In this document: positions 59,435 through 64,000 of the stretch, in pieces | Layout of the letters: the number at the start of each line of letters is the position of its first letter | Position numbering within the stretch: the stretch's first letter is position 1 | Source: Halorutilales archaeon Cl-col2-1 | GTDB lineage: Archaea > Halobacteriota > Halobacteria > Halobacteriales > Afararchaeaceae | DNA: 64,000 nucleotides | Assembly: GCA_041891055.1 (NCBI GenBank) | Contig: CP169074.1 | Span: 544,001 to 608,000 of the forward strand | Direction of reading: 5' to 3' | Notes under the pieces: generated by a model | Databases searched by the model: none | What the model saw: only the letters and a program-made list of their open reading frames with translations | What the model was told of the DNA's origin: nothing | Position numbers and translations under genes: made by a program

Positions 59435-60661
59435 ATGACAGAGTACAGACAGGGAATACGCGAGAACTGGTGGCAGTTTAGTTTACAGCTTCTTACCGTC
59501 TTCGCGGTGGGTCTCACGATAGGCTCCGAGAGGAACGTGGTTCCTATCATAGGACGTGACATCCTCTCAGTCGAGTCTTTCCTCGTGATAGGATCGTTCG
59601 TCGTCTCGTTCGGATTCGTGAAGGCGATACTCAACCTCTACGGTGGGAAATGGGCAGAGGAGTACGGGCGCAAGCCTATACTCATAGCGGGCTGGATCGT
59701 GGCTCTTCCGATTCCGATCATAATAATAGTCGCTCCAAACTGGTGGTGGATAACCGTCGGAAACGTCCTCCTCGGGATAAACCAGGGACTCTCGTGGAGT
59801 ATGTCGGTCAACGCCAAGATAGACTTAGCGGGGAGTGAGAGACGTGGCTTGGCGGTCGGACTCGACGAGGCACTCGGATACGGAGGGGTCGCAGTCGGAA
59901 GCTGGATCACGGGTGTCATAGCTTCGAGATACAGTCTCCGACCAGAGCCCTTCTACTTCCTCTTGGGAGTCATAGTCGTCGGACTCGTGATAGCCGTCCT
60001 TTTCGTGGAGGAGACATTACCGTACGCCGAGTCGGAAGCCGCCGACTCCGACGACGAAGGCTCCGATCTCCCCTTCGTAGAGATACTCAAGAGAGCGACC
60101 TACGGAGACGCCACACTTTTCGCGGCGTCACAGGCAGGGAGTGTCGAGAAGTTCGTCGACGCACTCGTCTGGATAGCCTACCCGCTCTACCTCACATCGG
60201 AGGGACTCGACCCTGCACAGGTAGGAGTCGTCGTCGGTGTCTACGGCGGCATCTGGGGCGTCTTACAGATCTACACAGGGAAGCTCGCCGACGACATAGG
60301 CAGGAAGCCCCCCATCGTCTCGGGGATGTTCGTAGCGGGAGCCGGCGTTCTTCTAACTATACTCGTCTCGGGATACTACGAGTGGACAGCCGCCGCCGGG
60401 GTTACCGGAGTAGGAATGGCTCTCCTATACCCCAACCTCATCACGGTCGTGAGCGACGACGCACATCCAAGCTGGCGCGCTACGGGTCTCGGAGTCTACC
60501 GAATGTGGCGCGACGCGGGATACGGATTCGGAGCTATACTCATAGGCGTCGCAGTCGACGTCTTCAGCATCGACGCGGCGTTCTACTTCGTCGCAGTCTC
60601 GATGTTCGTCTCTGGTGGGATCACCTTAATCTGGATGCGCGAGACGCATCCCGAGATGTAA
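59435..60661 (+). CDS. MFS transporter
   Basis: About 12 TM segments, GKWAEEYGRKP and GKLADDIGRKP loop motifs, GVYRMWRD. Confidence 0.9.
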   Translation: MTEYRQGIRENWWQFSLQLLTVFAVGLTIGSERNVVPIIGRDILSVESFLVIGSFVVSFGFVKAILNLYGGKWAEEYGRKPILIAGWIVALPIPIIIIVAPNWWWITVGNVLLGINQGLSWSMSVNAKIDLAGSERRGLAVGLDEALGYGGVAVGSWITGVIASRYSLRPEPFYFLLGVIVVGLVIAVLFVEETLPYAESEAADSDDEGSDLPFVEILKRATYGDATLFAASQAGSVEKFVDALVWIAYPLYLTSEGLDPAQVGVVVGVYGGIWGVLQIYTGKLADDIGRKPPIVSGMFVAGAGVLLTILVSGYYEWTAAAGVTGVGMALLYPNLITVVSDDAHPSWRATGLGVYRMWRDAGYGFGAILIGVAVDVFSIDAAFYFVAVSMFVSGGITLIWMRETHPEM

Positions 60662-60700
60662 CGCCCCACTCTTTATGTTGTCCGAGTCTTAACTCGGTCT

Positions 60701-60859
60701 ATGAGCGTATCGAGCATCTGTTACATATGCGAAGACCCCGCGACACAGACGTGCAACTCGTGCGGGCAGCCTGTCTGTGACGAACATTTCGTAGCATCGG
60801 AGAACCTGTGTGTCGAATGCGCCGAAGACCTCGACCCGACAGAGCACAGGACGTATTAA
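60701..60859 (+). CDS. Small Cys-rich Zn-finger protein, 52 aa ([52 protein letters not shown])
   Basis: Manual translation; CxxC, CxxC, CxxH and CxxC motifs; below the ORF-track cutoff. Confidence 0.75.
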   Translation: MSVSSICYICEDPATQTCNSCGQPVCDEHFVASENLCVECAEDLDPTEHRTY

Positions 60860-60897
60860 CCAAAAGAGGTTTTAGACTCCAAGTTGGATCTAAGAAC

Positions 60898-61056
60898 ATG
60901 TCATCGTCAGACTCCGGACTCATGTCCTCGGCGGGACTCGTACGTTACTTCGAGTCCGAGGATCAGAGAGCCATAAACATAGATCCCAAGACAGTAGTCG
61001 CAGGCGGCATAGCTATAGGAGTTCTAGTTCAGGTTCTCAATATCGCTTACCTTTAA
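60898..61056 (+). CDS. secG: Preprotein translocase subunit Sec61beta
   Basis: [16 protein letters not shown]...IDPKTVV plus TM helix. Confidence 0.9.
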   Translation: MSSSDSGLMSSAGLVRYFESEDQRAINIDPKTVVAGGIAIGVLVQVLNIAYL

Positions 61057-61059
61057 GAA

Positions 61060-61125
61060 AAGTAGTTTTTACGCGTCTGGTTTCTTTTTTAGCTGCGCTT
61101 TTTATTAGACAGAACTAAAAAAGAG
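61060..61125. terminator. T-rich bidirectional terminator region between secG and the archaellin gene
   Basis: Several T5-T6 runs on + and an A7 run (T7 on -) between convergent genes. Confidence 0.5.
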
Positions 61126-61134
61126 ATACTCTGT

Positions 61135-61764
61135 CTATCCTAGCTTCGCTTTCGTCTTACCTGTGAGAGACGACGGGATTACTGCTGTCTGTGTTGATCC
61201 GGATCCCCTCGGCGGGTTGATCTCTATTGTCGCTTCGGATCCCTCGGGTAGACCATCGTCACCACGTATCGCGCTCGCATTTATGTGAATCTCTGCCATA
61301 TCTGCCGGGTCGTTGAGGACTCCACTTACAGTTATGGAGTCATCGTCCTCGTTCTGGAAGGCATCCTGTACGGCAGTTACGTTGTACTCCGACGAGTCAG
61401 TCATATTACTGATAGTGTCATTAGTGTACGTGAGCGGCTGGACGTTATCGGAGTCGGTGTAGGTTATCGTTGTGTTAGTGAGGTCTATGTTATTACTACC
61501 CGGCTGGAGGCTTATTGTCATATTTATCCAGTCGATCGTATTATTGCCAGTCACATTACCTGTCACACCATCGACGTTGACTCCCGTCGCAACCTGTTCT
61601 GTACTCTGCTGTCCTGTGCTCTGTGCCTGCTCCTGTAGGAACCCACTCGTGTTGATCAGCACCGCCGCCGCGATGGCTGCAACCAGCACCATCGCTATGA
61701 ATATGATCAGGGTTCCAATACCTACCTGACCTCTGTCTTCTGCTGTCGTCTTTTGCATTCTCAT
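61135..61764 (-). CDS. Archaellin (class III signal peptide)
   Basis: DRG|[32 protein letters not shown] archaellin N-terminus; IDLTNTTI. Confidence 0.92.
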   Translation of the reverse strand: MRMQKTTAEDRGQVGIGTLIIFIAMVLVAAIAAAVLINTSGFLQEQAQSTGQQSTEQVATGVNVDGVTGNVTGNNTIDWINMTISLQPGSNNIDLTNTTITYTDSDNVQPLTYTNDTISNMTDSSEYNVTAVQDAFQNEDDDSITVSGVLNDPADMAEIHINASAIRGDDGLPEGSEATIEINPPRGSGSTQTAVIPSSLTGKTKAKLG

Positions 61765-61875
61765 TGTTTCCACCGAGGCTAACGCCTCTTACTGGCTTAA
61801 ACAAAAGCGGGGTTCTATTTAAAGGTAAGCACTCGTTTTTCAGTTCTGATAACGGCGAAAAGAGTGATTGATCGG

Positions 61876-62250
61876 TTACTTCGAGCTTTCGGGTCTCTCG
61901 GAGCCCTCGTGTGCCCTCACGGAGAGCTTCTGAGCCTCGACTCTGCCGTCCTTATAGACCCCCTTGGCGACGACTATACGTCCTTTACCCATCGTCTCCG
62001 GGGTAGTGCCGTCGTGAACAACCGGTACGGAGGCGTTCTCGTCGAAGACCTCGAAACGGAGTGTCTCGCCCGAGTCGTTCATAGCGGTGACACGTCCCTC
62101 TAAGTTGATACGTTCGCCGTCGAGGTTCTCCTGGGAGACGTCGGTCGGTGAGACGAACCTCGTCGTGGTTCCCATCGTGGTCGCTGTCAGAACTAGGAGA
62201 AGAACCGCCATCCCCGTGCCGCCGAATATGAGTTTCTTTCTGCGACGCAT
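61876..62250 (-). CDS. ccmE: Cytochrome c maturation protein CcmE-like
   Basis: TM anchor, FVSPT, LEGRV, PETM..GRIVVAKG, C-terminal AH. Confidence 0.65.
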   Translation of the reverse strand: MRRRKKLIFGGTGMAVLLLVLTATTMGTTTRFVSPTDVSQENLDGERINLEGRVTAMNDSGETLRFEVFDENASVPVVHDGTTPETMGKGRIVVAKGVYKDGRVEAQKLSVRAHEGSERPESSK

Positions 62251-62346
62251 CTGTCTTAGAGTCGTAGCCCGGGATGTTTAAGCTTTCGGCTGTTCCCCAG
62301 TTCTTTTAGTCTCCGACACATAGAATCCAGGGGAGGAATACACGAA

Positions 62347-63768
62347 TTGACGGCTTCCGCAACATACCAGACGAGAGTCGTAGTGGTGGACACCGACGAC
62401 GCGAGGCTCGAAGAGACAGCCTCGGCTCTGAGGGGGGACTCCGACTACGCCGTACAAGAAGCTGGAGCCTACGGAGACGCTCTCGAATACGTGAACGGGG
62501 AGACGGGCTGTATAGTCTCCTCGTACGACCTCGGAGAACTGGACGCGTTCGACCTCTACGACGCGGTCAGAGACGCGACAAGTAAGCCCCATCCTCCGAT
62601 GGTTCTCTTCGTCGAGGACGGATCGGAGGAGGTAGCCTCACGTGCGGTCAACTCCGACGTGATGGGGTATGTCAAGAAGTCCTCGGACGGCTTCTACGAG
62701 AAGCTGGTGGAGAGGGTCGAAGACGCCGTCTCAGAACACGCCGACAAGGTGAGGGCTGACAGATACGGAGCCGTCATAGAGGCACTCGGATACCCCGTCT
62801 ACGTCGTCGACGAAGAAGGCGAGTTCTCGTTCGTCAACGACTGTTTCGTCGACCTCACAGGATACAGTCGTGACGAGATAATCGGGAGTCCAACGTCCCT
62901 GATGAAGGACAAGGAGACAGTCGAGGCGGCGGAGAACCATCTCGGAAGCATACTTTCGAGCGACGGTCCCGACACAGTGCGTTTCGAGGTCGAGATAGAG
63001 TCGGCGGACGGCGACACCATTCCGTGTATCGACCACATGGGATACCTGCCTTACGAGGGTGATACCTTCCGCGGGTCGGTCGGAATACTCCGTGACATAT
63101 CCCACGAGAAGGAACAGGAACAGCAGATCAAGGTACTCGACCGTGTCCTGCGCCACAACCTTCGGAACAAGATGAACATAGTCATGGGTTACGCACAGGA
63201 CATACAGACAGGACTATCGGGAGAAAACAGAGAGAAAGCCGAGCGCATAGTCGACACGGTGAAGACACTCCTGGGACACGCCGAGAAAGCGCGTAAGATC
63301 GACGAGGTTCTCATCGAGAAGGAGACGAGTCTGAGGAGAACAGACATTGCCGAGGTTCTCGAAGCTGAGGTCGAGAGTCTGAGAGACGAGAGCTCCGAGG
63401 TGGAGATAAAGTCCGAGATACCCGACTCGGTCACTGTCTACGCCATCGAATCCGTCGACGCCGCCTTCAGGGAGATACTCGAAAACGCGGTCGAACACAA
63501 CGACTCGTCGGAGCCGCGGGTCGAGGTCGGTGTCGAGAAACACGACGACAGAGCCGTAGTTACTGTGTCGGACAACGGATCGGGTATTCCACAGGACGAG
63601 ATCGACGTCGTGACGGGAGAGAAGGAGATCGATCCCGTCTCACACGCGAGCGGTCTCGGTCTCTGGATAGCCAACTGGGTTGTCGAGAGATCCGATGGAC
63701 GTGTCGAGTTCGACGTCACCGACGAGGGAACCACGGTCGAGGTCTGGCTCCGGAAGCCGACTGAGTAA
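62347..63768 (+). CDS. Hybrid sensor histidine kinase (REC-like / PAS / HisKA / HATPase)
   Basis: RVLRHNLRN H-box, ENAVEH, DNGSGI, GLGLW; PAS with FVND...LTGYSRDE. Confidence 0.9.
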   Translation: MTASATYQTRVVVVDTDDARLEETASALRGDSDYAVQEAGAYGDALEYVNGETGCIVSSYDLGELDAFDLYDAVRDATSKPHPPMVLFVEDGSEEVASRAVNSDVMGYVKKSSDGFYEKLVERVEDAVSEHADKVRADRYGAVIEALGYPVYVVDEEGEFSFVNDCFVDLTGYSRDEIIGSPTSLMKDKETVEAAENHLGSILSSDGPDTVRFEVEIESADGDTIPCIDHMGYLPYEGDTFRGSVGILRDISHEKEQEQQIKVLDRVLRHNLRNKMNIVMGYAQDIQTGLSGENREKAERIVDTVKTLLGHAEKARKIDEVLIEKETSLRRTDIAEVLEAEVESLRDESSEVEIKSEIPDSVTVYAIESVDAAFREILENAVEHNDSSEPRVEVGVEKHDDRAVVTVSDNGSGIPQDEIDVVTGEKEIDPVSHASGLGLWIANWVVERSDGRVEFDVTDEGTTVEVWLRKPTE

Positions 63769-63793
63769 AGTAACCCGGCAAAGTAAAACACGT

Positions 63794-64000
63794 ATGAACG
63801 AGTACATACAGACCGCCGTAGAAGCCGCTGAGTCGGCGGCTGAGATACAGAGTAAGAAAGGAGAAAGACGGACTACCGACCACGGCTACAAAGGGAGACG
63901 CGACCTCGTAACTCAGATAGACTACGAGTCCGAGGAGGCGATACGTGAGACTCTACTCGGCGAGTACCCCGACCACTCCGTGCTCGCAGAGGAGGAAGGT
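63794..64000 (+). CDS. Inositol monophosphatase family protein, N-terminal part; runs off the right edge
   Basis: Manual translation MNEYIQTAVEAAESAAEI...KGRRDLVTQIDYESEEAIRETLLGEYPDHSVLAEE. Confidence 0.85.
   Translation, partial: MNEYIQTAVEAAESAAEIQSKKGERRTTDHGYKGRRDLVTQIDYESEEAIRETLLGEYPDHSVLAEEEG

Noticed and set aside
11308-60897. Upstream-extended starts in the ORF track (13209, 25902, 43689, 47920, 50389, 56878, 60808)
   Set aside because: The extensions run through promoter DNA or neighbouring genes. Downstream ATGs match family N-termini and stop-start overlaps.

Overview
Chromosomal window from an extremely halophilic archaeon (Halobacteria: acidic proteome, aglB/aglG/aglM, haloarchaeal nuoA-B-CD-H-I-J1-J2-K-L-M-N, archaellin, Sec61beta). 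Bases 1 to ~36.4 kb form a large surface-glycosylation cluster: aglB (partial), aglG, GT4 glycosyltransferases, NDP-sugar epimerases, aglM, galU, a UDP-glucuronate decarboxylase, a SqdB/Agl3-like enzyme, glmU paralogs, glmS, an ABC exporter and a flippase. The cluster contains visibly AT-richer, partly decayed blocks, with two in-frame TGA codons, a frameshift and an IS5/ISH1-like insertion with an 8-bp target duplication. The IS transposase is itself broken by a 49-bp twin-hairpin insert. The most interesting part is a ~6.1-kb integrase-less element (14304-20403) bounded by two related CTAACCAAC..GTTGGTTAG palindromes. It carries a wHTH plus NDT/TIR-like pair, a repressor, a switch-like structured leader, Zn-finger genes, a ParB-HTH-HTH-DNA methyltransferase fusion coupled to a nuclease-like gene, and a wHTH protein. 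The rest (36.5-64 kb) is mostly housekeeping (nuo operon, acyl-CoA ligase, PPAT, hmgA, hsp20, ligA-polX, MFS, secG, archaellin, ccmE, sensor kinase, IMPase start). Several small ORFs and one apparent ATT start codon are missing from the supplied ORF track. No rRNA, tRNA or CRISPR array was recognised. All family assignments come from motif recognition by eye, not from database searches.
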